Assembly (NCBI GenBank): GCA_945861235.1
Contig: CAMATV010000001.1
Span: 1-33,167 of the forward strand
Origin: Opitutus sp. GAS368
GTDB taxonomy: Bacteria > Verrucomicrobiota > Verrucomicrobiia > Opitutales > Opitutaceae
Reading direction: 5' to 3'
Length of the DNA: 33,167 bases
Numbering within the stretch: the stretch's first letter is position 1; the number at the start of each line of letters is the position of its first letter. Position numbers and translations under genes: made by a program. The notes under the pieces were generated by a model. That model had not been told where the DNA came from. It worked only from the letters and a program-made list of their open reading frames with translations, and did no database searches. Shown piece after piece: positions 25,475-33,167 of the stretch.

Positions 25475-28381
25475 CTAGAAAACACCTTTCACGCCGAAGA
25501 CCCAGCTCGCGCCCTGGATTTCGAATTGGTTGAGCATGCCGCGCTGGTTTCGCAGATAGACGTAGCGGGCCTGGTTGGTGATGTTGCGGCCCGTGACCGT
25601 GAGCGATGTCCGTTCGGTGAGGCGGAAGTTCAGGCTCGTGCCGAGGAACAGGTAGGTCGGCAGATAACCGGTGGCGTTCTCCAGGGCCTCGGAGCTCCAA
25701 GCGCCGCGGAAGGCTACGTTGAGCCGCCGATACCGGAACGAAACGCCGGCCGACGCGGTTTTCGGCGCCGCGCGGTAGGCCAGTTCGGGGTCGCTGCGGG
25801 TGAATTGATTATAGTTCGCGAAAACGCCCAGTCCCTTGAAGACCCCGGGCAGAAACGTGAGCTGCTGGCTGTACGCGAACTCGATGCCCTTGTTCGTGAA
25901 ATCGCCGACGTTGGAGAGCGCCGTGAACGAGTACCCCGGATAGTCGTCACCCAGCCCGATGCTCTCGGCCGGGATGCCCGTGACCGACCGGTGGAGATCG
26001 CTGATGTCGAATTGAAACACGCCGATGGAGAACGTGCCCGCCGGCTCGAAGTACTGTTCGAGGCGGATCGAGTAGTTGTTGCCGTGTTCGGGCTTGAGCT
26101 CGGGATTCGGCAGCGTGCCGGTGCGGGTCGTGTCGTTGACCGAGAGCACGCCCGAGAGGCTGTTCAGATTCGCGCGCTGGATCGACTGGCTGAGCGACGC
26201 GATCGCCATGAGTTTGTCCGTGAAACGGTACCGCACCGCACCGCTGAAGAACGGGTCGGCGTAGTCGCCCCGGCGCTTCCTCAGCACATTCCGCTCGTAG
26301 CTCTTGCCCTCATTATCGGTCTTCTCGTACCGCACGCCACCCTGCACCATCAGGCGGCCGAAGCGGCTGTTCGCCAGAAAGTATCCCGCATCGATGTATT
26401 CGCGCGCCGAGCGCTCCGGCTGCAGGTTGCCCGCGGCGGTGAGATTGGCCGGATTGGGAATGAAGTACTCCGGATGCTGGCGCTGGATCACGCCGATCGC
26501 GTGCCGGTCGGGGAACGGAATCTGGCGGTCGAAAATGTTGCCGCCGGTGAAAGGATCGAAGGGCGCCACCGTGTCGGGCTGGTCCGCCTGCAGTCGATCC
26601 CCCGTTGGTCCGACGTAGGTCCAGGAGTAGCTGCCGGTGAGGCTGTAAAAACTCGCGGCGGTGCTCTTCAGTCCGACCTTGAAGAAGGTCGGATAGGTCC
26701 AGTTCATCGCGTACTTCGCGTTGATCTGGGCCAGCAGGTTTTTTGTGGTCGGTTCGTTGGGCGCCCGCACGATGTTGTTGGTCAGGCTGGTGCCCCGCCA
26801 GTTGTTCAGCACGTAGAGGTCGGGACCGGCGGTCTGCTGGAAGTCGAAGGCGGTTTCGCCGCTGCCGGAGCGCCGCGCCGTCCAGCCGACCCCGAACAAT
26901 TGCATATTGGCCGAACCGACTTCGTCGTCCATGGGCCCCTGCGCGCGCAGATTGCTGCGGTATTGACCGAGCCGGCTGTAGGCGAGGCTGGCGTCGAGCG
27001 TGAGCCGCTTGCCCTCGAAGAAGAGCTGGGGCGAAAAGGAGTGGGTATTGCTGATCCGGTGGCTGAGGCCGCCGGCGAGGTTGAACCGGTTGACGTTGTT
27101 GGCCGTAGGCACGCCGATGAAAACCAGGTCGTTCGAACCCGCCCCCAAGGTCGCCCGGGTGGCGGTGATGGCGAAGCTCTTGTTGTAGTTGCGCGCGTCC
27201 TCCCAGCTCGCCTGACCGCGCAATGCCAGCGTGAGCTGCGGGGTCAGCTTGTACTCGAGATTCAATCCACCGCCGCGCCGCTTCTGGATGATGGCGCCCT
27301 TGCCCCACTGCAGGCCCGTGATCACGGTGGGCAGGGGGCCCGGGGCCGTCGGCAGAGGGTTGTAGGTGAAATTCAAAAAGCCGGAGCCGCTGGTGGAGTT
27401 GGTCTCGGCCAGGTTCATGACCACGCCCAGCTTGCCATCGAGGAAGACATCCGAGTAGTCGAGCACGAGGGACGGATTGAGCGGCCGGCTCTGGCCGTCA
27501 TTGGGGCCGTTGACCTTGCCGAGTGTGAGCGGGTTGTGCGTGTTGTAGATCGAGTAGGCTTCCCAGGAGAAGAACCGGCCCTTGCGCTGAAACGCACTCT
27601 TGCTCCGCATGTTTATTGAGCCTGCCGGCGCGTCCGCGTCCATCTCCGCGCTGTTAGTCTTGTTGATCTCGATCGTGTCGGTGGCATAGGCAGAATAGGA
27701 ACTGAGCGCGGGCGCGCGCGTCGCGCCACTGGTCCGCACGCCGTCGACCATCAGCGCGCCATACTTGGAGTCCATGCCGCCCATGCTGACCGTAAACGGC
27801 ACGTCGCCCGAATAGATCACCTGCATGCCCGCCACGTATTGCAGCACGTCGCCGACATTGCCCTCGACGATCGAGCCGAAGGTGTCCGTCGCCACGACAC
27901 TCTTCACCGTCATGGCCGAGCGCTGCTCCATGATCGCCTTGGCCGTGCCTTCGCGGGCGGCGGTGACGGTGAAGCGATCGAGGGCGACGACATTCCGGCC
28001 GGTGTCGGTCGGCTGACTGCTCTTGAGGTTGAAATTGCGGACGACGATTTCACCGCCGCTCACCGTCACTGCCGTGGAGGCGGATTCGTAGCCGGTGTAG
28101 CTGACGATCACGGTCGCGTTTCCCGGCGGCACATTGACGAGGCGGTAGCGGCCGTCGCTCTGCGTCACGGCGCGAAGCTCGGTGCCCTGAAGGCGCACCT
28201 CGGCATTACCGAGGTATTCGCCGCTGGCGGGATTGAGCACGCGACCCTCGATGATGCCGCCTCTTGCCGCCGCCGCGGCGGGGCCGGAGGGCGCGACCGC
28301 AGCAGCGGCTTGGGCCGGTGGCCGCGGCGCCAGACTCAGCACGATCCAACTAATCAGCAGGGCGGTGGGGAGAAGCTTCAA
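25475..28381 (-). CDS. TonB-dependent receptor (TBDR3)
   Basis: IIEGRVLNPASGEYL domain, plug (EINKTNSAEMDADAPAGSINMRSKSAF) and C-terminal GVKGVF. Start uncertain: TTG at 28381 precedes the signal peptide. Confidence 0.9.
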   Translation of the reverse strand: MKLLPTALLISWIVLSLAPRPPAQAAAAVAPSGPAAAAARGGIIEGRVLNPASGEYLGNAEVRLQGTELRAVTQSDGRYRLVNVPPGNATVIVSYTGYESASTAVTVSGGEIVVRNFNLKSSQPTDTGRNVVALDRFTVTAAREGTAKAIMEQRSAMTVKSVVATDTFGSIVEGNVGDVLQYVAGMQVIYSGDVPFTVSMGGMDSKYGALMVDGVRTSGATRAPALSSYSAYATDTIEINKTNSAEMDADAPAGSINMRSKSAFQRKGRFFSWEAYSIYNTHNPLTLGKVNGPNDGQSRPLNPSLVLDYSDVFLDGKLGVVMNLAETNSTSGSGFLNFTYNPLPTAPGPLPTVITGLQWGKGAIIQKRRGGGLNLEYKLTPQLTLALRGQASWEDARNYNKSFAITATRATLGAGSNDLVFIGVPTANNVNRFNLAGGLSHRISNTHSFSPQLFFEGKRLTLDASLAYSRLGQYRSNLRAQGPMDDEVGSANMQLFGVGWTARRSGSGETAFDFQQTAGPDLYVLNNWRGTSLTNNIVRAPNEPTTKNLLAQINAKYAMNWTYPTFFKVGLKSTAASFYSLTGSYSWTYVGPTGDRLQADQPDTVAPFDPFTGGNIFDRQIPFPDRHAIGVIQRQHPEYFIPNPANLTAAGNLQPERSAREYIDAGYFLANSRFGRLMVQGGVRYEKTDNEGKSYERNVLRKRRGDYADPFFSGAVRYRFTDKLMAIASLSQSIQRANLNSLSGVLSVNDTTRTGTLPNPELKPEHGNNYSIRLEQYFEPAGTFSIGVFQFDISDLHRSVTGIPAESIGLGDDYPGYSFTALSNVGDFTNKGIEFAYSQQLTFLPGVFKGLGVFANYNQFTRSDPELAYRAAPKTASAGVSFRYRRLNVAFRGAWSSEALENATGYLPTYLFLGTSLNFRLTERTSLTVTGRNITNQARYVYLRNQRGMLNQFEIQGASWVFGVKGVF

Positions 28382-28695
28382 AGGTGGAGAAACTGGGCGG
28401 GCATGGTGGGGAACTGACCTGGCGGAGGCGCGGCGTCCGAGGGGGTAAACGCCGGCGAGAGGAGTGAGGCGCACGATCCGGGGAAAGTAAACCGGGTTTT
28501 TCGAAGTAGGTTTCCGGCCGGATATCCGGGCAGGACCGGGAAGAAAATGGTCCTTCCGTTCGGCGGTGGGACGCGCGGAATTGGCAATGACGTTTCGCAC
28601 GACTCGCGATTGTCGGCGCAGAACCCTGGGCGTTGGCTCCTGGCCGGACACCGGCGCTTCCGTTCCTTCCAACTCCGGCCGGCCCCAGAATTCTT

Positions 28696-28786
28696 ATGAG
28701 CACGAGCACGACGAACCGCAGGGACTTTCTCAAATAAGGCATGATCGGCACGGCGGGCGTGTCGATCGGCACCATGGGTTTCGCTG
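28696..28786 (+). pseudogene. Tat-signal-only gene remnant, cut at the repeat
   Basis: MSTSTTNRRDFLK*GMIGTAGVSIGTMGFA with in-frame TAA at 28735-28737, ending at the GCTG of the repeat. Confidence 0.7.
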
Positions 28787-28831
28787 ATAGAAAACTGGAT
28801 TTTCAGGGGGATCGGATCCGGGAGGGGTTTA
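28783..28831 (+). repeat. Core repeat copy 7
   Basis: GCTGATAGAAAACTGGATTTTCAGGGGGATCGGATCCGGGAGGGGTTTA. Confidence 0.95.
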
Positions 28832-28874
28832 GTGGCGGAATTACGCCCTCCCGGAACCTAACTGTCCTGTCCGA

Positions 28875-31800
28875 TTAGAACCGACCGGAAAGTCCGGCGG
28901 TGATGGTGAGGAAGTTTTGCGTGTAAGCCTGGTATCGGTGTGAGGTACCCTGATAAAAGGCCTGCGGCTCCTTGGTCAAGTTGCTGATATCGAGTGTGGC
29001 GGTGAGCTTCGGATTAATTTGGTAACCCATGCCCCAATCCAACACCGTTCGGGCATAGCGATAGAGATTAGCCCCGGGGGCGGTCGCGCTGAACGAGGAA
29101 ATATAGGAGCCGTTGTAGTTGGCGATAACGCGCGTGTTAAAGTTTTTGTAGGACCACCGCACCATGACATTTCCCAACTTCGGTACAAAACCGGCCACTT
29201 CACCGGTCTTCCGCTGGACGCCGGCGAGGTTGCCGAAATCACCTTCGGTGGTGAGCGTGGTGTAATTGGCCGAGAGGGCCATTCCCTTCCAAAGCCCGGG
29301 CAGAAACGTGAACTGCTGCTGGTAGCTCAATTCAAAGCCGTTTACTTTGGCGGTACCCGCATTGAGCGAAGTTTGGATGCGATAGCCCGCATACTCGCCG
29401 TTGAACCCGTTACCGTTGCCACTGGAGACAATCCCGTTGTCTAATCCACTCACGATGTAGTCGGTAATATTCTTGTTGAACCAGCCCACGGACAGGCTGC
29501 CCAAGGGTTCAAAATAATATTCGAGCGTCGCATCCCAATTGGTCGCCATCTGCGGCAGCAAGGACGGATTGTTGATGGTGATCGTCTCCGTCGACTCGCT
29601 GACCGACTCATTAGGCATGAGGTTGGTCGGAGCAGCGCGGCCGAAGCCGGTCGACCAGCTCAAGCGGGCCTTGAGGTTCCGCGTAATATCGTGGTGGATA
29701 TGGACGCTCGGGAAGGTCTTGGTGTAGCTCCCCTCCAGAGTACGCCGGTAGGCATCGTAATCGCGAAATGCCGATCCGCGGGGGTCGGAAACTTGCTGGG
29801 CGACGGTGCTGACGTTCGTGCCCTTCGTGCGCACCCACCCGTAGCTTTCTGTTTCGGTTTTTTCCTGACGCACCCCGGCAAGAAAGCCGCTGCGGGACAG
29901 CCAGCCTTGGGAGCCGAACTTGCCCTTGAACATGCCATAACCGGCGGTGACGTCCTCGGTCACACCCCGATCGCCAGTGTAGGCATTTTGGTGAAAGAAG
30001 TAGAGATCCTCGGACCAAAGTGCCGGATTTTTTGGCGCGCGGTCCGTCATGAAATCAGAGACCTGCCAGATCGGCATATTCTTGCCTTCGGCAAACGTGC
30101 CGTAAAACCCGATGGTGGGATCCGTGGGAAGGGCTGCGGCACCGAGGTAACTCCACCGGCGGCTATAATTTTGGATCTTTATGTCCAGTTGCCGCCAAGT
30201 GAATCCAGTTTTGAAGACGATGGGGGCAGCCGTGGGCAGGGTGTAAATCAGGTCCGCGTTGAAATGTTTGTTATACTGATTCTGAGTCTGCGGACTGGCA
30301 GCTAGCCCGTTGGCGATCGGGCGGTAATTATTGGGATCCGAGATATCCGGACCGGCGGTTTGGGTAAGACGGGAAAAATCCGCGCCGTTAGGGCTCTCGA
30401 GGGTCCAGCCAGCGCCAGCCATGCGTTGCGTGAGCGCGTATTGGCCGCCCTTCCCGCCACCCGTGGTCTGACCGGTCATAAGATTATTCCGGCTGTAGCC
30501 GGTATTATAATCGAGTTTGATCGGCCCGTAGGTGTGTTCACCCGCAAAGGACGCGAGCCACTGCCGGACGATGTAGCTGTTCGGACCCGTCGTGCTCAGA
30601 TCAATCAGCGACGTGTTCGTCGCGCTCGTCAGGTAGTTGGCCGTGGTCAGCGGCCGAACGGTGGTCACGGTATCCGTCCAACCGGGATTAATGCCCGTGG
30701 CGAGGGAGGTCGCGCTGGGGACGGCGGTGCCGGAGCCGGTGTAAGCCCGCATGGTATAGCCACGGCGCATCCGCTCGATATTATGGTTGAACAGGGAGTT
30801 AACCGTGAACTTTGAAGTATCCGAAAACCGATACTCCGTCTTCACGTTTACGTTCTTCTGCGCCCGGTTATTGAAATTGTTTCGAATACTGTAATCCCAA
30901 ACGTACGCCGGAGACGCCGTCACGTTTTGGAAATTGCGATTAACGATCACGCCGCCAATCGCGTTTTCACTATAGCGGACGTTGGCCTGCACTCCGAGAT
31001 TACGCTGTTCCCCAAAAACGCTGAAGACTTCCTGATAGGAGAGCGTGAACAGTGGATGATAACGATGCTGCGCCCGGAGCGGAACATGCTCCGTGAAGGG
31101 AGGCGCGCCGCGAACCATCGAGCTGAAGTTCAGAATCCGCCTTTCCTTCATGTTGAGGGTCGACCGGGTTTTCAAATTGAGGTTGCCGCCGAGCGAGTCG
31201 GCGCTCGCATCGGGGGTCAACCCCTTGATCATTTCCATCTGCTCGTACATCGTCGCCGAAACCGTGTGCACTTCCAGCGCGCGGTTCGTACCGATGGTGG
31301 GCATGCGCTGGCCATCCATCGTCACCGTGTTCAGGTTGCCCGGCATGCCGCGGACTTGGAACCCGGTGTTGAGCCCCTCGTCATTCGTGGAAGGGGCGAC
31401 GCCGGGCAGGCGCATCATTACTTCGCCCACACTCATGTTCGGCAGGTTGCCGAAGGAATCCATCGCCACCACGTTCTTCACGTTATTCGCGTTGCGTTGC
31501 ATCGTAAGCGCTAGGGCATTGCCCTCGCGTTCCCCGGTTACCTTGAAGGCATCCAGTTTATAGACGCTGCTCGTGAGCTCGGCATTGCTGGTCGAACGCT
31601 GGCTCCCAGCGACCGAGATCGATACTTTCATCGTATCAAGACCCAGATAACTGATCGAAATCTCGTGAGTTCCCGCCGGTAGGCCAGTCAAGACGTAACG
31701 GCCGGAGTTGTCCGACTGAGTGGAGAGTCCGAGTTGGGGCACCTCGACGATGGCGCCCTCAAGGCCCCTTTTCGTTTCGGCGTTGCTAACAAAGCCGGTG

Positions 31801-31919
31801 AGGCTACCGCTTCCCCTGGCTTGAGAGGTGGCGGTGGCGGCAGGTTGGGCGAGCGAAGTGGGCAACCCTTGGAGGGCAGCCCACGCGGTTAGTCCGACTA
31901 ACAGGGGCAATATTTTCAT
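28875..31919 (-). CDS. TonB-dependent receptor (TBDR4), close paralogue of TBDR2
   Basis: Signal peptide from ATG 31919. Shares DAFKVTGEREG, VAMDSFGNLPNMS.GEV.MRLPG and TINNPSLLPQ with TBDR2. Ends GLSGRF. Confidence 0.93.
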   Translation of the reverse strand: MKILPLLVGLTAWAALQGLPTSLAQPAATATSQARGSGSLTGFVSNAETKRGLEGAIVEVPQLGLSTQSDNSGRYVLTGLPAGTHEISISYLGLDTMKVSISVAGSQRSTSNAELTSSVYKLDAFKVTGEREGNALALTMQRNANNVKNVVAMDSFGNLPNMSVGEVMMRLPGVAPSTNDEGLNTGFQVRGMPGNLNTVTMDGQRMPTIGTNRALEVHTVSATMYEQMEMIKGLTPDASADSLGGNLNLKTRSTLNMKERRILNFSSMVRGAPPFTEHVPLRAQHRYHPLFTLSYQEVFSVFGEQRNLGVQANVRYSENAIGGVIVNRNFQNVTASPAYVWDYSIRNNFNNRAQKNVNVKTEYRFSDTSKFTVNSLFNHNIERMRRGYTMRAYTGSGTAVPSATSLATGINPGWTDTVTTVRPLTTANYLTSATNTSLIDLSTTGPNSYIVRQWLASFAGEHTYGPIKLDYNTGYSRNNLMTGQTTGGGKGGQYALTQRMAGAGWTLESPNGADFSRLTQTAGPDISDPNNYRPIANGLAASPQTQNQYNKHFNADLIYTLPTAAPIVFKTGFTWRQLDIKIQNYSRRWSYLGAAALPTDPTIGFYGTFAEGKNMPIWQVSDFMTDRAPKNPALWSEDLYFFHQNAYTGDRGVTEDVTAGYGMFKGKFGSQGWLSRSGFLAGVRQEKTETESYGWVRTKGTNVSTVAQQVSDPRGSAFRDYDAYRRTLEGSYTKTFPSVHIHHDITRNLKARLSWSTGFGRAAPTNLMPNESVSESTETITINNPSLLPQMATNWDATLEYYFEPLGSLSVGWFNKNITDYIVSGLDNGIVSSGNGNGFNGEYAGYRIQTSLNAGTAKVNGFELSYQQQFTFLPGLWKGMALSANYTTLTTEGDFGNLAGVQRKTGEVAGFVPKLGNVMVRWSYKNFNTRVIANYNGSYISSFSATAPGANLYRYARTVLDWGMGYQINPKLTATLDISNLTKEPQAFYQGTSHRYQAYTQNFLTITAGLSGRF

Positions 31920-31982
31920 GGTCTGATTTTCGTGGGGGGCAGATCGTGGAAAGTTCACTCACTCTCAAGAAACGGCATTCGT

Positions 31983-32071
31983 AAAACATACCTGCGAGAC
32001 CTGCGGGTGGTTTCTTTCGGTCACGGCCAAAACCCGGTTTTTGGGCGGGGGCTGATCGGAAGCTGGATTTT
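31983..32071 (+). repeat. Hairpin arm + truncated core copy 8
   Basis: 89 bp identical to 11896-11984. The core stops after CTGGATTTT. Confidence 0.95.
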
Positions 32072-32072
32072 T

Positions 32073-32141
32073 TTCGACGCCGGTCACTTCCACCTTGGCG
32101 AGTTGCTCGATGTGGAGCAGGACACTGCCAAGTTGAGCGGC
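32073..32141 (-). pseudogene. gatC: Internal fragment of a gatC-like gene (Asp/Glu-tRNA amidotransferase subunit C)
   Basis: Minus-strand translation AAQLGSVLLHIEQLAKVEVTGVE resembles the GatC pattern QL..IL..IEQL..VD..GVEP (recognised from memory, not searched). Confidence 0.6.
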
Positions 32142-32404
32142 TGCTAGGAAACTGGATTTTCAGGGGGATCGGATCCGGGAGGGGTTTAAGGGGAGGGGCA
32201 GGGGGGGATTTGGATGAGTTAGACGTAAATGAGTCGATTTTGGGAGGGCGGCGGGTTCGGGTGATGCTGGGGACTTGGGGTGGGGAACGACTGCGACCGA
32301 AAGGGGGATTGCGGGCGCGAATCGAGGCTCTGCTTGCCGTTTGGGGACAAGCAACGTGGGGTGGGGATGAACGAGCGGTGAGCTCCGAATCGCTCGGGGT
32401 CAAG
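32140..32404 (+). repeat. Core repeat copy 9 + ~250-bp extension
   Basis: Full core, then homology to 16776-17028 ending at ATCGCTCGG(A/G)GTCAAG. Confidence 0.93.
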
Positions 32405-32687
32405 TCGCAACGCGTTGCGGGCCTCCGAGCGAATTTCCCATTATGCGTTTTGTGTTGGCCGGATCGAACCAGCGCACGGTGGGACGAGGGTTGTTATGAC
32501 GGTGACCCTGTTTGCATCACATGCTCCGATGCACAGGCTTTCTGCTGTTCCTTCCCAAGTTAGCATCACGACGACTCCCATTCATCGGGCGTCACCAACC
32601 GAGCCTACACGGGCCACGGTGGTCAATTGATGTGGGCCGCGTTTCGCGGGCCAAAATCGCCGTGGTGCTTCAGGTCGGATCGTTCCA

Positions 32688-33167
32688 ATGAAGCAAAATC
32701 AAACGCTCGAAGTTCAGTCGTCTAGCCGGTTAGCCAATCTTGCCAACGCGCTCGTCGTATGCGCCAAGGAGTTTCATGCCGATGACGCGCCACCCTTGAT
32801 CGAACGAGTCACGCAACTGGCGTTCGCCAACGGGTTCTACCTCACCGTGAAGAACCCCGAAGACGCCGAGAAGCTGCTGGCCGAGTTAGATATTTTGGAA
32901 ATTACAGGAGGTGTCGACCGATCTGCGTTGGTCGAGACCTTGCACGTCTTGCTAATCGGCGATGCTTGGCTGCGGGCGATTGGCGAGAAGCTCAGAACCT
33001 TCGTGCAGGACCGACCGGATGATTTGGGGCGGATACTCTTCGGCTTTTTCGCCGGACTGCATGTCGCCAAGTCGCTCCCGAATTATGCCAAGCTCATGGG
33101 TGGGCAGTGGGATTCCTTCAACACCGAGACAAAGTTTCTTTATGCTCGGCTGATCAGGTGGCGGTTG
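32688..33167 (+). CDS. Hypothetical protein, 3' end outside window
   Basis: Manual translation open for 160 codons from ATG 32688 to the window end (MKQNQTLEVQSSSRLANLANALVVCAKEF...). No family recognised. Confidence 0.55.
   Translation, partial: MKQNQTLEVQSSSRLANLANALVVCAKEFHADDAPPLIERVTQLAFANGFYLTVKNPEDAEKLLAELDILEITGGVDRSALVETLHVLLIGDAWLRAIGEKLRTFVQDRPDDLGRILFGFFAGLHVAKSLPNYAKLMGGQWDSFNTETKFLYARLIRWRL

Noticed and set aside
25526..27619. Long + strand ORF (697 aa) and similar antisense ORFs (22166-23818, 17563-18831, 18940-20157, 12601-13659)
   Set aside because: Shadow frames of high-GC minus-strand genes with no recognisable motifs.
28378..28404. Out-of-frame ATG (MPAQFLHL*) suggesting a frameshifted TBDR3 start
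   Set aside because: An in-frame TTG at 28381 gives an adequate signal peptide, so no frameshift is needed.
31804..32403. 199-aa and 83-aa (16854-17105) minus-strand ORFs sharing ASRASIRAR
   Set aside because: The similarity only reflects the DNA repeat. Starts and stops are not conserved and there are no transposase motifs.
6322..32404. Repeat family as a CRISPR array or classical integron attC sites
   Set aside because: Spacing ranges from tens of bp to about 9 kb, and there are no cas genes or intI. I could not find the RYYYAAC...GTTRRRY paired boxes with a long palindrome.

Overview
GC-rich bacterial DNA whose gene content resembles Opitutaceae/Verrucomicrobiota (inferred from SusD-less TonB-dependent receptors, ECF sigma/FecR and many Tat-exported hydrolases). 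The left end (1-2950) has a DHDPS-family aldolase, two divergent amidohydrolases and a truncated class-V aminotransferase. From 3029 to 31919 every intact gene is on the minus strand: two beta-propeller glycosidase-like genes, four TonB-dependent receptors (TBDRs), ECF sigma + FecR, a membrane dipeptidase, two acetylxylan-esterase-like hydrolases and two Gfo/Idh/MocA oxidoreductases. The main unexplained structure is a co-oriented, purely intergenic repeat, core RCTG|AT(A/C)GGAAACTGGATTTTCAGGGGGATCGGATCCGGGAGGGGTTT, present 9 times. It is sometimes preceded by a conserved hairpin arm and sometimes extended by about 250 bp. It divides the region into gene modules, abuts truncated genes and brackets a 69-bp gatC-like fragment. 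My best interpretation (inference) is a tandem gene-capture array built by a non-autonomous IS91/ISCR-like rolling-circle element, or an unknown cassette system, that collects nutrient-uptake modules. No transposase or integrase is visible in the window.
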